Shown here in pieces: positions 50,440 to 63,541 of a stretch of DNA of 64,000 nt. The stretch spans positions 52,702,001 to 52,766,000 of the forward strand of contig NC_087447.1 of the NCBI RefSeq assembly GCF_036321535.1, given 5' to 3'. The translations under genes and the position numbers were made by a program. Position 1 is the first letter of the stretch; every line of letters begins with the position of its first letter. The notes under the pieces are model-generated. The model worked only from the letters and a program-made list of their open reading frames with translations. It had not been told where the DNA came from and made no database searches. This DNA is from Camelus dromedarius (taxonomy: Eukaryota).

Positions 50440-50730
50440 CACTGCCACTTGGTATGCAGCCCTGCCATGTTTTGTTGGCTTGCAGAGTTTTTCCCCCCTT
50501 AAATCCAATTAATTGACAATAAATTAAAATCATAGCATTTCACATAAAAATCTGGATTTCCAGTTTCTCTTAGAACCATGAAAGGTATGGTGACAAAACA
50601 CCTGCCTTCTCTTTTGGCCACAATGAGCTGGAGTGAATAGCACTGACCGCTTGAGAAGGGCCACCGTGGGCTCTCCATTGCCTCAGTCCCCACCCAGCCC
50701 AACCGCCCCACCTGCCTGATCCCTTCAAAT
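50440..50730. mobile_element. MER102-like hAT-Charlie element
   Basis: catttcacataaaaatctggatttccagtttctctt...gggctctcca...cagtccccaccc. Confidence 0.65.
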
Positions 50731-50844
50731 ATCTGAGCCTGAAGACTCACCCTGATGTGAAGCTTTCTGTCCCTAACCCAAAGGTTAAAAAATGTGGATT
50801 TGGGAAATGTAGCACTTTATCAGAAGGCAACTTACGATGTAAGA

Positions 50845-51120
50845 ACTGTGGATTTTGGAATCTAGATTTTGGAATTTGACTGACCTGAGTTTGACGTGGG
50901 GTTCTGATACTTCCCAGCTGCCTTGGGATACTTTGTCCCTGAAACTCAGTTGTCTCTGAAATTAGCTCTGAAATTCACATTTCAGCATCTGCAAAATGGA
51001 GATCAAACACTTATCTCTCAGAGTGGGCGTGAGGACTAGCTGAGACAATGGGTACAAGGCATTTAGCACAGAGTTGGGCACACAGCAGACTCTAAGTAAG
51101 ATGTCGTTACCATAGCAATT
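50845..51120 (+). mobile_element. MIR SINE
   Basis: gactgacctgagtttga...catctgcaaaatggagat...gtgaggactagctgagacaatgg...agcacagagttgggcacacagcagactc. Confidence 0.8.
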
Positions 51121-52069
51121 ATTTTGGGAAAAAAATAGAATCTGGGGACCAAGGTTGTGAATAAACTTATGAAACTGCTTCACATTGTCTCACTAAACAA
51201 AAATAATAAATGGCACATACTCATAAAAAGGCTGTTTTATATATCATACTTTTACACAACTCTCTCTATAAATTCCATTTTCATATGCCAGTCTTTGCTA
51301 GCTAGAAACACTTCAGGATCTCCCTCCCTCATTGTTTCAATGAGATGCCTGTGACCTGGTTTGCTTAGTTGTGAGTAATACACAAGTCAAGGGAACTTCT
51401 TCTGGATCTGGTCCTTCAGCTTCATGAATCTGATATTTCCACCTGGAGCCATTGGTCCCCACCTTCCAAATTCTACTGTGCTCCCAGAGATGAAAGGCAA
51501 CTTTACTGACTGAGATTGAAAAATGCTTTGGGGGACCCTTATTTTACCTAAGTGACTTGGCTGAGGAGGTAATTCTCCAACACTATCTGTGAATCAGAAG
51601 GCTGTGCAATCTTAACTCCAGCCGTGGAAACTCTATTCATCACACATACACATGAGCCACATGTACATGCACAAGATGCTGCACTTGCTGGGCCCTGGGG
51701 ATAAAGCAGTGAATGGGACAGACGTGGTCCTCATACGCCCGGACCACGCATACCTGACTGGGCACATCAGAACCCAGTCACCATCCTTAGATCAGCTCCT
51801 CTATGTGTCCCGCACGGATGACAAGACCTTGGAGGTGCAAGGAAGGGTTCCTCTCTCCATCTCTCTCCTCTTGCTGTCTCATCAATCTTGTTTTCCCCCT
51901 GCCCACACCTGAATCTCTTTTTTCTCTCGGTATTTCCATCAAGAGTGATGTCAAGTCCCACGTACATCCAACTAAAACCCTCATGAGTATGGAAAAGATA
52001 TAAAAATAGGAATGAGGGAAATTTACCGGTAGGCAATGAATTACTACATGATAATATTTATAATGACAA

Positions 52070-52290
52070 CAAAAATAACGAGCACTTTATTAAACGTCTG
52101 TCACTCGCCAGGCACTGCACTATCTCATTTCATCCAGCAACAACTCCTCGAGGTAAGTATGACAGTTCCACTTCTACAGATAAGGATACTCAGGCTTAGA
52201 TCGCCCAGAGGCCCAGAGTCACACAGCCATAGACACCAGAGTGAAGGTTTAACCCCTGGCCAGTCTGACTCTCACGCCAGTGGCCTTCTC
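52070..52290 (-). mobile_element. MIR SINE
   Basis: gagcactttattaaacgt...gccaggcactgcact...tacagataaggatactcaggcttagat...agtcacacagc...cagtctgactc. Confidence 0.8.
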
Positions 52291-53429
52291 TACTGTGACG
52301 GCTGTCCTATACCTGCTTTAAAAATCAGTCTCTGTAATTTCCGGCCTTATAAATCTCTTTTCTTAAGTGATTTAATAGGAATACTTAAAACCACTCAGCT
52401 GGAGACATTTACAATACAATAGATATACTGCTTTTTCTTTAAAATGTTTTTGAGAGGAAAACAAAAACCTTTGGGAGACGTGTTTCAAAATCTTCCTAAT
52501 GAGGTATTTAGCTGATAATCCACAATGGCTTTGACTGTGGGATCAATTTGGGATTGCCACTCAGACCTTCCGGAAAATATACGTAATTACACAGCTTTAG
52601 CAAAGTGTGAATAACAAATTGTTTTTCAACTCCTGGCACGAAAGTCACGGCGCCAAGGGGCTTTGGGGCTGGGATGTTAAGCACCAGCTCTACCCCCAAA
52701 TACCCACAGACTTCAGACAAGTGCCTTCCTGTCGTGCCCACTTTCTTCCCAAAGATTTGGGATAAGGTGTTTGCATGGTCTTTGATGAAGTAAAGAGCCA
52801 ACCAGTGGCCCCCTCGTTCTGGGGCTGCCACTGCGCCCTAATGAGTTAGCCCGCCTCAGAGTTCCCAGCGAATGATTCCAGGTTCTTTTTACTGGGAAGG
52901 TTTTGAAGTTATGAGATTTTAAAGAAAACAAGACCCTGGGTATTTAAATCTTGCCAGATGGGAGGAACCTTGCAGAGGTGGTGGATAAGCTGATGGTGTC
53001 GACAATGACGATGGTTTCCCGCGTCTATACTTATCTCCAAACACACCAGGTTGTCTATACTAATTACCTACGGCTTTTCGCTTGTCAATCATATCTCAAC
53101 AAAGCGGGTAAGAATGTTATAATTCATTGGTTACTGGATGTGTAACAACAGGTCAAATGCACTTCAAGACACATTCTTCGTTCTACAGCAGATTTTGTTC
53201 AGGCGCAGTTGAAAGCTATGACTGTCTTACTTCTTCCCTACGGCCAGTTTGAAACCAACCCCCAGTGGTCTCCTAATAAAATATATTCTGAGTACTTAAA
53301 AAAAAATCCTATCAGAGATAGAAGTCAAATACCCATATGAAGCTGACCTCCGCTGCCTTCTAACCATGCTTCTCTAAATCCTGTCATCTGGTCTGGAAGC
53401 CCATATGCAGAGGTGAGGAAGGGGGGAAG

Positions 53430-53727
53430 CATGGGTGCATTCCCTGTGGCTGCAGCACAGTCTGCTACAAGTGCCCCCTGCCGCTGCAGCACAAAGATCA
53501 CCACACACAACACAGAGGCGAATGAGCATCACCGTGCCCCGGCAGAACTCGTTTTATGGACACTCAAATTTAAATTGCATATAATTTACACGTGTCACAA
53601 ATACCATTCTCCTTTTGACTTTTTCCCCTCAACCATTTAAAATGTAAAAACTTTCCTTAGTACACAGACCCTGCAAAAACGGGGTGGGCCAGGTTTGGCC
53701 CTTAAGCTGTAGTTTGCTGGTCCTGGT
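53430..53727. mobile_element. MER58B-like hAT-Charlie element
   Basis: tttatggacactcaaatttaaattgcatataattt...aaccatttaaaatgtaaaaac...ggtgggccaggtttggccc...gtagtttgctggtcctg. Confidence 0.8.
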
Positions 53728-53730
53728 CTA

Positions 53731-54040
53731 CAGTGGAGCTGTCCAAGAGAACTACAATATGGGTTGCCTTAGTAATTTTTTCTAGTGGCTGCATTTTAAA
53801 AAGTAAAAAGAAACAAGTGAAATTAATTTTAATGAGATTTTATTTAACCCAGTGTATACTTCATTTTATTATCTCAATATGTAATCAATATAACAGTTAT
53901 TACTTGGAAATATTACAACTCTTTTTTTTTTTAAATTGGTACCAAGTCTTTGAAATCCAGTGTATTTTGCGCTTACAGAGCATCTCAATTTGGACGGGCC
54001 ACATTCCAGGTCCCAAGAACCACAGGAAGCAGGACTAGAC
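53731..54040. mobile_element. MER33-like hAT-Charlie element
   Basis: gctgtccaagagaact...tttctagtggctgcattttaaaaagtaaaaagaaacaagtgaaattaattttaat...gcatctcaatttggacgggccacattcc. Confidence 0.85.
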
Positions 54041-55299
54041 TCTCTACAATACTAGCTTGTTTCATCCTTAGTACAACCTGCAGAACAGGCAATCAATCAT
54101 GGGCCCATTTTACAGACCATGCTCTTTCTACCGGTCCTCGCCTCCCCACCGCGGCTCTGCCCACAGCTCTGACAGTGTGGTGGGATGCCTCATGGCAGCA
54201 TCCCTGGACCTACAGAGCTTCCCAGTCATCCTCCAAGACCCTTAGCAGGATCTGCCCTCTGAGTGTCACCTTCCCGATGAGGGCCCAGGCTGCTTGGGGC
54301 TCCCACAGCCCCTTGGAGTACTTTACCAAGGCAATTGCCACCTGCCTGGGGGAGGGGCCTCCCGGGAGCAGGTTTCTTATGCAACTTCAACTATGCAGCT
54401 TGTAGGGGCAGGTGGACAGATAGACAGACTCAGATCGGGTAAGAAACCTCCCAGCCCCGGAGCCCACCATACCATGCCCCAGATTGAGGGGGTGCTTCGG
54501 AGTGATCTGATTGGAATGTAAATTCACTGTTCCCTGTCCCTCAAGCCTCTCATGGTGTGATCACCTCTCTGCTTCAAGGGCAATTTAAGGGGTTTTCAAG
54601 GGTAACGTGACTACAGGCAATTTTCACCTCTGGCCCTGACATTAGCTGTTAATTCCACCCCCACTGCTCTACCGTATTGTGCCCCGGCAGTCAGCTTCTC
54701 CATCTCTCCCTCATTCACTGTAAGCTCCCCGTGGACAGGGGACGTATCCTATTCAATCCGGGATCTCTAGGCCCTGGAAGAGTAGTCAGCAGCTGAAATA
54801 TATCTAAATGCAGAAGAAATCGCATTACGGTAAGTGGTTGATGAATGAATGCATGAATGACTCAAGTCCCTACAGAAAAGCCCTATCGTTCATTCCACAG
54901 CTCTGCCGAAGGCACAGGCCATAGATCGGTCAAGGACTAGCCACCCACTCACAGCTCTCATTGAGACTTACCCACGTGTTCTCCTCCTTTGGATCAGAGA
55001 AGGTGATACGTATTGTTCACATAGCTTGGGCCAAAAAAAAGGACTACAAAAAGTAGAAACAACACTTTGGGATTTTTTCAAGCCTGAGTTCACATCCTGA
55101 TCCTGACACAGGTCCACTGGATCACCTTAGACAAGCCTTTCCTTGGGCCTTTGTTTCCTTATCTGTAACACGATGAGGTGGAGCTCCAACTAGCTTAGCA
55201 AAAGTGGGAAGATAAAATGAGCAAATCTAGGTGTGAACATCTGCAAAGGAATCCCTGCTCAGTAAATGTAGTTTTTTCTTTCTTTCCTTCTGACCTTAA

Positions 55300-56000
55300 T
55301 ATATGCATGTCTTCGAGAAGCCGTGATGCTCTCTCATTGGAGGATTCCTCTAGAGGCAGTTACTTCCGGTGAGTCAGCCAGAAAGAGGACATTTGCACAG
55401 TAGGGTGCAAGATTATTTTCGTTCTCTCTCCCTCCCTCTCCCTTTTTGCAGGAGAGCCTAAGAAAAGTGTTCCTTTAAACATCTATTCCTCCTGCCCAGA
55501 GTTAATACATATCACACCTTCCCGGATGCACATCTGTTATTGATTAGATACTATGGAAGAATTACCATCATTTATGTCAATAGCCACTTGTGAAAAAATA
55601 TGTATATAATTATTTATTTGCTTATAATTTTCTTGGCTGAATGAATTGGGGCTTTGGAAATAACTTATTTATGCTAATCCAATGTGTCAACGGCCTGCTG
55701 AAATCACCTAAAATGGAGCAATTTTATGATCATTTTGATCCAAATTATGGGAAGAAAAGAAAAAGGAGACAGACTAAATGTGACATTCAAATGGCCTGCT
55801 TGGGCCAAAAAAAAAAAAACAAAAAACACCCATAACTTCTCCCTTGAAGCCTTCAAAAAGCCATAATTTGGATGGTTACTGATCTCTCTTTTTGGGGGGT
55901 CTTTTATTCCTCAGGATCAAGAGTTTCAAACCTTCTTTGTGTCAGATTAATAGCAATAATAATAGAGTCTCTCACTGTAACTAGATCTGACTAAAGCAGG
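55300..56000. promoter_or_regulatory. Candidate enhancer block with an ETS/AP-1 composite site
   Basis: ACTTCCGG (55362-55369) abuts TGAGTCA (55370-55376); the repeat-free AT-rich continuation is rich in homeodomain cores. Confidence 0.45.
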
Positions 56001-56619
56001 TGGAAGCTGCTGTTTCTTTAGTCCAAAGAGAGCTAGCGTGGTGTTAAGAGAGGCAAAGACCTGCCTTTTCTCGCTTACTGTGTCCCGTGCAGAGAGGATG
56101 GAGGTGGGGGAGGTGGCACCGAGGCCAGAGCTCCTCCCACCTCCAAGCCCAGGGGCTTCTCCAGGGCAGGATTACTGGACAGGTCTCATCTCCGGTCCCC
56201 AGCACACAGCCTCCCCTAGAGCAGCCAAGGACGGATGCTCACTGTTTGTTGAAACACTGTTCATCCCACAGATCTAGTTTCCAGGAATGAGTCCACAAAT
56301 GGGATGAAAAGAGCCAGCAAGGGAACCCCTTTAGTTTAGAATGTGGCCCAGAGCCACCATTAACCACGTGACCTTGGGCAGATCACTTGACCTCTCTGAG
56401 CTTCAGTCTCCACCTACCTCAACTGGAAACAGTAAGAATTAAATACACAGCGATGGGAAGCAACAAGCACAGTGCCCATTCTAGCCCAGCAGTCAGTCAC
56501 TGGCCGTCTGTAATATGATTTATAATAGTAAGATCCTGATCAAGGAGCAGGGCCGCAGGGTGTGGCTGAAAGGGCAAGGATTTTTCGAGTATCTCAGACC
56601 TGCTTTCCAATCTCCATCC

Positions 56620-57080
56620 TAGTGGTTAAAGCAGGAACTGGAACCAAGCCCCCTGTGTTTTAATCCCAATTCTGCCATTTACTAGTTAAGGGCTTTTTTA
56701 TTTTAATTGAATAGTCAGTTTACAATGTTGTGTCAACTTCTGGTGTACAGCATAATGTTTCAGTCATATATATACATATATATATATATGTACATATATT
56801 CCTTTTCATATTCTTTTTCATTATAGGTTACTATACCATATTGAATACAGTTCCCTGTGCTGTACAGTAGGACCTTGTTGTCTATCTGTTTTATACATAG
56901 TAGTTCGTATGTGCAAATCTCAATATTGTTAAGGGTGAGTCTCTTGACCTATGCCTTCCTTTCCTCACCTGAAAAATGCAGACATCCTAGCACCTACCCT
57001 ACAGGGTTACTGTGAGGATTAAGTCAGTTACACATGGCAAGAGCTTAGAAGAACGTCTCGTGCAGATGCTAACTGCTATC
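56620..57080 (+). mobile_element. MIR SINE split by an L1 insertion
   Basis: Left part: agtggttaaagc...taatcccaattctgccatttactag. Right part: tttcctcacctgaaaaatg...acctaccctacagggttactgtgaggattaag. Confidence 0.8.
56693..56927 (-). mobile_element. Short young L1 3' end with TSD
   Basis: ttttaattgaatagtcagtttacaatgttgtgtcaacttctggtgtacagcata...gttccctgtgctgtacagtaggaccttg; TSD gttaaggg at 56685-56692 and 56928-56935. Confidence 0.9.
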
Positions 57081-58959
57081 ATCATCACCGTCATCGTCAA
57101 TGTATTGGGCACCTTAATTAGCCTAGTTTCCCCACAAGCAAAATGGAAATGATAACACCTGTCCACAGAGGTGCACGGAGTAATAAATTCAGGGACAACA
57201 GGTGCCTAGTACACAGAAAATGCCCAATAAATGTTAGTTTCCCCCTCCTTCCTCTTCTGATTCCAGTAACAAACAAGCTTGGGCAAGGGGGCCATGGTAT
57301 TTGTAATGCATATGAGGCCATTCTTGTCTGCTTTTATTTTCTCTGCAGAATCCCTTCCTCACCCTTTTTCTTTTAATAGTCTCAGGTTCCCAGACAACAA
57401 AAGCACAAGCCACATCCTAGCTGGAATGAAATCTCTTTTTTGTGCTAGAAGCTGGCCCCACCGCAGCTGGCAGGGCCAGGAGTCACTCAAAAGACGCCAC
57501 CAAATTACCAACTTGTCTCAGAGGTTTCTGAGAGAGGCTTAAGAACCTGGACAAGGTTTGCAGCACTTAACTCGCCAAAGCCTCTTCAATTGTAGCCTGT
57601 CACCCCCGAGTGAAGTAGGGGATGAAATCAGCATGTATAATTTCTCATCTTCCCAGGTTCAGAGACGAGGGTTACATTTCAGCATGATTAACACGGCATT
57701 TACTTTTTTCTTTTTCTTCTGCTTTTGCATTTTCCCTTCCCCAGGACCAGTGATGGGGTTCAAAAAAGCGAAGAAGGACAGAGGTGCGCACTTCAATAGA
57801 ACAGTTGCTTGGTTTTAAGTGAAACACTCAAAGGATTGACAGTCAGGGAAAGAGATACTCCTTTCCTCCCGCTCTGCCGAGTTTAGCCATTTACTAGCCG
57901 GCCTCCCTGGGCCAAGAGAGACCAGGGTCGGGAAACAACCCACCTCTTAAACCCAGGCTCGCTGTCATTCATTCATCCAGCCATCTGTTCATTCAACGAG
58001 CTCTCGCTTCTCTACTAGGTTAAGCTGGACTCATCTGTAGACTTCAGCCCATTTCAGGGACAAGGTCAAATTCCTCCAAGATCTCACAGCTCTGAGTATA
58101 TCTCATTTAAAGCACAGACCACAGTGACAAATACAATATTTATTTCTGTAATTATGTAATCAACAGCTGTCAGAGAGAGGTTCCAACCCAGAACACTCTG
58201 TTTCCAAACCCTGGGATCTCTCCAAGCAGAGCAGTCAGAGCTTGGGCCTGTGGTTTAGGAGGCCTGGGTTCCAGCCCAACCTGCAATCTGTGTGTTTCAT
58301 AAGTTACTTCCTCACCCTGGGTCTCTTCCCCCATCAGTAATGGAAGGAGGCCAGACAGGGCGACATTCAAACTCCCCCGTCCTGCTGTGATTTTCTAGGA
58401 TTCATTGTCATGTAGAACTGATGTATATAAGGCATGTGGGGTGAAGCCCAGCAAATGTCAGAGGCCCCTTGATTCCTGGAGCCCAGCTTCTGCTCACATC
58501 CCAACGCAGGCTTCCTGTCCAGAGATGGGCCCACTAAGTGGAGCCTGGGCCCCCTCAGTTATCAAGGCAGCACAGGCCTGTCTCCTCCCTCTTTTCCACT
58601 GACTTGGAATTTCACAGGCACCTCTGTGTCTGACACCAGCGGTCATCAGACTTCAGTGGGGATGGGGGCCACGGGCCTCCTCATCTCAGGATGTTACAGC
58701 AGCAGAGCTCCGGAGGGACACCTCCAACCATTAACTACTGCCTCCGTGGTGCAAAGTATGAGCACCCCTGAAGCTCAGAAAAATTAAAAAATGGAAAATT
58801 TAATTAAAGCCCTCTCTGCCTAATTGCCTCCCTGTTGGCTTATAGGGTCCTTTGAAGGACAGAAAAGGGGACTCTCCACCCTCCACGTCAGCCTGGGATT
58901 CATAAACTTGAGCCTTCTGCCAGCAAGAATGCAAGGCCAATGGTCCTTCTGCCTCCATG

Positions 58960-59620
58960 AGTTATCAGAAGAAAATATGGAAGAATATCTTTGTGACCAG
59001 CTGATGGAAAAGGACTTCTCAAAACCTCCCCAAAGCTCACACTGCAAGGTGAAAAAGCGGTGAATTTGATAATCCCAGAATTAAAGTGCTTGTTTATCAA
59101 AACAAGCAGATGAATATAGTTTGAGAGCAGATACACGTCCAAAAGTGACAGGGGACTGATACTTAGAATATGCTAGGGACTCCTTGCAGTGAAGAAGAAA
59201 GTATCAGGAGCCCTAGCAGACAAATGAGCAGAGGATATGGAGGAGTAGCAGGTCTGCTGGGGGCAGGCAGGGGGACGAACACCGCGGTGTTGTTTACACC
59301 GGCAGGGAGGTGGAGACCCTCCTGGCGTCCCTCTCTGGAGGAAGGCATACGTAAATGTCGTGAACGCACACAGGGACTATTTTGCAGCAGTTGGAAACAG
59401 TGGGCTAAAATGCATACACAGCAACACAGATGGAGCTTAAAAATGAAGTGTTACAAGAAAAAAGGAAGTCGGAACGAGAAGGAGGTCTACAGTGCAATGT
59501 CATCTACGTAAATTAAAAATATTTGAACACAAAACAATACCTGTTTTAAAAGCACACATATAAAAAAAATGGTTTAACTCAAATATATAGCAGAGGGCAA
59601 TCAGAGCAGGGAACAGGGAC
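58960..59620 (+). mobile_element. Ancient L1ME-like fragments (ORF2 and 3' UTR remnants)
   Basis: agaagaaaatatggaagaatatctttgtgacc...gaaaaggacttctcaaa translates as EENMEEYLCD...KDFSK, resembling L1 ORF2 LEENxGEYLxDLGxGKDFL. Later cagcaacacagatggagcttaaaaa. Confidence 0.65.
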
Positions 59621-59879
59621 ACAAAGGAATCATTAGTTCAAAAAGCGGGCTTGGCAAGGCCCAGCGATGATGTCTCATAACAGGAGGGGAACGGAGAATT
59701 CAACATTCGGCACCTGAGTCTAAAACCGACAACAGCACTGGCGTGACGTGCTGAGGGTGGCTGCTCCTCTGTCCTTCTCACCCTCCCGAGGCAGAGACTT
59801 ACACCCAGACAGCAGCATGGCCTGGCTCCTGGAAGCCAACGGCCCCCATGGGATGTCCCGCGGCAGCTCCTGGGACTCA

Positions 59880-60110
59880 GGAGGATGTGATGGGCCTGGA
59901 AATCAGACTGACCTGGTGTCAAACTCCCCTCTTCTGCACAGCAGCTGTGGGGCTCAGCCAAGCTACTGAACCTTCTCTAAGCCTCAGCTTCCTCCTTGTG
60001 AGATGGGGTACTGACCCCACCCCTCTTTGAGAGATTATGAGATTTTAATTGGATACATATGAAGCACCTGATCCCTGGGCCATGTCTGGTCCACAGCAGG
60101 TAACAAATGG
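59880..60110 (+). mobile_element. MIR SINE
   Basis: ctggaaatcagactgacctgg...aaccttctctaagcctcagcttcctccttgtgagatgggg...gagattttaattggata. Confidence 0.75.
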
Positions 60111-60574
60111 TGGCTCTCTTCTCTCCCCTCTAAGGGGTCCAATGTCCTCATGGTTTCCTCCTCATTCCCATCCTTAGCAAACCCTCCTCTCAAGAGGAAT
60201 CTAGAACCCACCCCAACCACCATTTTGACTGCTCTCTTCTAGGCCAGTCATTGATCTAAGTGATACAAAGACACCATAAACTTGGCAGTCTCCTCTCCAC
60301 TCTGCAGATGAAGAACAGGAGCTTAGTGAAATCATAGACTTATTCAGAATCTATGATCAATTAGCCAAGTTCATCCAGGAACAAAGCTGCAAGGGAGAAG
60401 CAGCTTTCCCAAGGACCATGGAGTCCAGCCAGCATCACATGTGCTTATAGTTCATGAGGTCAGTACATCTTCCAGATTAAGCCTCTCTATGCCAGGCACT
60501 GTCCTGTTTCCTAGTGGATCATTTTCCTTCTCAAAGCAGTGCTTCTTAGTGAGGGCAGAACAGCAATGTAGACA

Positions 60575-60830
60575 TGCTTTCATTCCATGAATGCTTACTG
60601 AGCACCTACCATATACTAGGAGAGGCAGCTCCAGGCGCTGGGGATGTAGCAATGAACATATGAGACATCACCCTTGCCCTCATAGTGCTTATGTTCTAAC
60701 GGGGGAAGGCGGACCACAGATGACAATGAACAGGTGAAAATATAATGTCAGGGAGTGATGATTGCTGAGAAGAAAAATAAAATAGGGAGAGAGAACCAAA
60801 GCAGGGTTGGAGACAGGTACCTTAAAAAGT
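60575..60830 (-). mobile_element. L2 3' end
   Basis: ttcattccatgaatgcttactgagcacctacc...ccaggcgctggggatgtagcaatgaaca...ccttgccctcatagtgcttatgttcta. Confidence 0.85.
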
Positions 60831-63009
60831 TAGGACTGAACTCTGACCAATTAAAAACAACAAGGGCAGGGCAGGGCATGGCAGGTGGAGATGAAGAGGG
60901 GTGTGTGACTAGATTTTCCAAACCACGGACTGACTTAATGTAACAGTAAGTCTTGCAGTACACATGCCTCTCCCAATAGTCTTCTTCCTCATCTCAAGAG
61001 TGTGCAAATAAAGCTCTACAATTTGAAAAGTACCTTGACTGCCATCTGTAAACTCTGATCCAGCTAGAAGTGGCCTCCATTTTACAGATTCAGGAATTGA
61101 GCTCAGAAAAGAGAAGCGGCTTGCACAAGATCACCCAGCAACTAAGCACCAGGGGCAGGACTTACAGCCCGGCCCCAGGACCCCTGCTCCAGGGCCGGTT
61201 CCACCAGGTAACACTGCCTTGACTTGCTGATCAATAAAACAACACCTGTGTGCCGCCTGCCGGCACAATGGGCGTCAATGATAATCATGCTGCAAGAACG
61301 AACACCTTATAGCTGCAAGGTGACTTCGCAGCACAAGTTCATTGGGTGCTTTTAAGAAGAGCCAGGCTTGCTCTTGATCACGTAGCGGGAAGCATTATGG
61401 GCTCAGTTCTAGGCTCTAACACACAGAAAAGATCACCTTTACCATCTGGAATGGGCCTTACCACCAAGACAAGAGCAGAAGAAATGCCTAAACACAGGGC
61501 TCACAGCTGGCTTTGAGTTCGCCTAAGACTCACGCATGCCCCGGGCCTCCCCCGTGGGCATTCCTACTTCCTGTTCTAGAAGAAGAAAATTTGCACGAAG
61601 GGTCCCAACAGCCCAGAGCTCTTCACTTCTCCTGTCTTAGCAGCACCCCTGCCTGAGGCGGGCTTTGAGACAAGCTGGGGAACTGTGGTCCCCAATTTTG
61701 TTGCGTTCCTTGAAAAAAAGGCAGAAAGGAAACAGGAGCTGTTGTTAATACGAAGCTGGTTATCACTAGTGAAGGTGAGAGACCTTTCGGCAATGTGTAT
61801 AGCAAGGTCATCACCCCATCCCCAAACCATGTAATTCTGAAGAAAAGAGACTTCATCTCATCTCCCAAGCTCTGTGTGACACTTTTCCCCTGATGATTGG
61901 GGCACATGGTTCCTAAAGAGCAACTGGAGAGTGTGCGGGGATGAGAGGTGGCTGTGAATGCAAGACAGCAGGCATGAACTACGGAAGAGGCCCGGGACGT
62001 AGGGGCTGGAACTTGAATTTGGATGCGGCAACGGATTCTTTGCAAGCCTGGTCAGCAGAGCTCCTCTGCCCCACCCGCTCTTGTGTAGATGGGTTTTCTG
62101 GACTCTCACAAGGGTCACCAAAAGCGGCCTGGACAGAATGACTTTCCTATCATTATGCCAGCTTAAGAAATATGTTTTGTGTGGCGATTTTAGTTTTATT
62201 TTTTTCAATCTCAGTCTCAAAAGGTCACTCCGATACTGAATAGATGGACATCCAGGGTTTGTAATAAAGTCAGAACACATATGATGGGATGTGGCTGGTG
62301 GGACCATTTTCTCTTGCAGAAAAAAAATGTAATAAGAGAATCCGTGAGCAGGGGAGGTTAAAATGATATGTTGTGGGGAGTGGATAGCTTTGTTGTGTCA
62401 GAACTGCAAAAGCTCCCACCGCTCTGGTAGAACCAGGCCTCTCCCTTCCCAGGATTCCTGCAGCAAAGCAGTGGGGCGCTGGGGAGAGGAAGGGGCCAGT
62501 CCTGCAGCTGCTAATTACTATGTGTGAACCCAGAAACCCATTTTTTCCTCAGAGCCAATGATGCAAGCAGAGAGGACTGTAACAGAATTGGGCAGAACTG
62601 GTGTGAGTCCTGGTCTGTACCCACCAGCTTTGAGAACATGGACAAGACTCTGCCTTCCCTGAGCCTCAGTCTTGTCTGCTATAACATGGGAACAAAGTGC
62701 TTGTTTGCCAGGATACTCAAGCTCATGAACATGCGGGGCTTAGCAGGCAGTAGTTTCTCAATAATATCAGGTTCCACATTACTCCCCTTCCATTTGCTAA
62801 ATTCCTTTACAGGACTACGCACAAGGGGATGGGTGTGAGCCTGGGCAGCTGACTCGGGCAGGGGTCCTGCTTCCACAGCTGGGGGTGGGGGGGACATTGA
62901 CTATGTTGTCAATAAAGTATATTAATCGAGGCATTTTCAAAGTCCAGAGGAGAGATGACTAAATGCTTTAGAATAGGAAGTTCTTGCCTGTTTCGTTCAC
63001 TAGTGCAGA

Positions 63010-63390
63010 TTTTCTTTTTTTTTTTTTTAACATTTTTTATTGAGTTATAGTCATTTTACAATGTAGTGTCAAATTCCAGTGTAGAGCACAATTTTTTAGT
63101 TATACATGAACATACATATATTCATTGTCACATTTTTTTTTGCTGTGAACTACCTCAAGATCTTGTATATATTTCCCTCTGCTATACAGTATAATCTTGT
63201 TTATCTATTCTACATATGCCTGTCAGTATCTACAAATTTTGAAATCCCAGTCTATCCCTTCCCAACCCCACGCCCCCATGGCAACCACAAGTTTGTATTC
63301 TATGTCTATGAGTCTGTTTCTATTTTGTATTTATGTTCTTTTTTTTTTTTAGATTCCACATATAAGTGATCTCATATGGTATTTTTCTTT
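63010..63390 (-). mobile_element. Young 5'-truncated L1 3' end (poly-T at left) inside an L2 tail
   Basis: T-tract then ttattgagttatagtcattttacaatgtagtgtcaaattccagtgtagagcac...ggcaaccacaagtttgtattctatgtctatgagtctgtttct...ttagattccacatataagtgatctcatatggtattt. Confidence 0.92.
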
Positions 63391-63541
63391 TAATTAGGAA
63401 AAAATACCAGTATAACAAAAGACATGTGCATATATGTAGAGAGAGATTTGTTTTTAATCTTTTTATCTTTATCATTCACTGCTATATATGTAGTGATTAG
63501 AACAGTTCCTGACATAAAGTAGGTCCTCACTAAACATCTGT

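Noticed and set aside
51106..51119. RFX-like GTTACCATAGCAAT
   Set aside because: It lies in a MIR tail where such strings arise easily from the consensus; no independent support.
58824..59063. ORF with a protein-like acidic stretch (EENMEEYLCDQ)
   Set aside because: Better explained as a decayed L1 ORF2 remnant than as a host exon.
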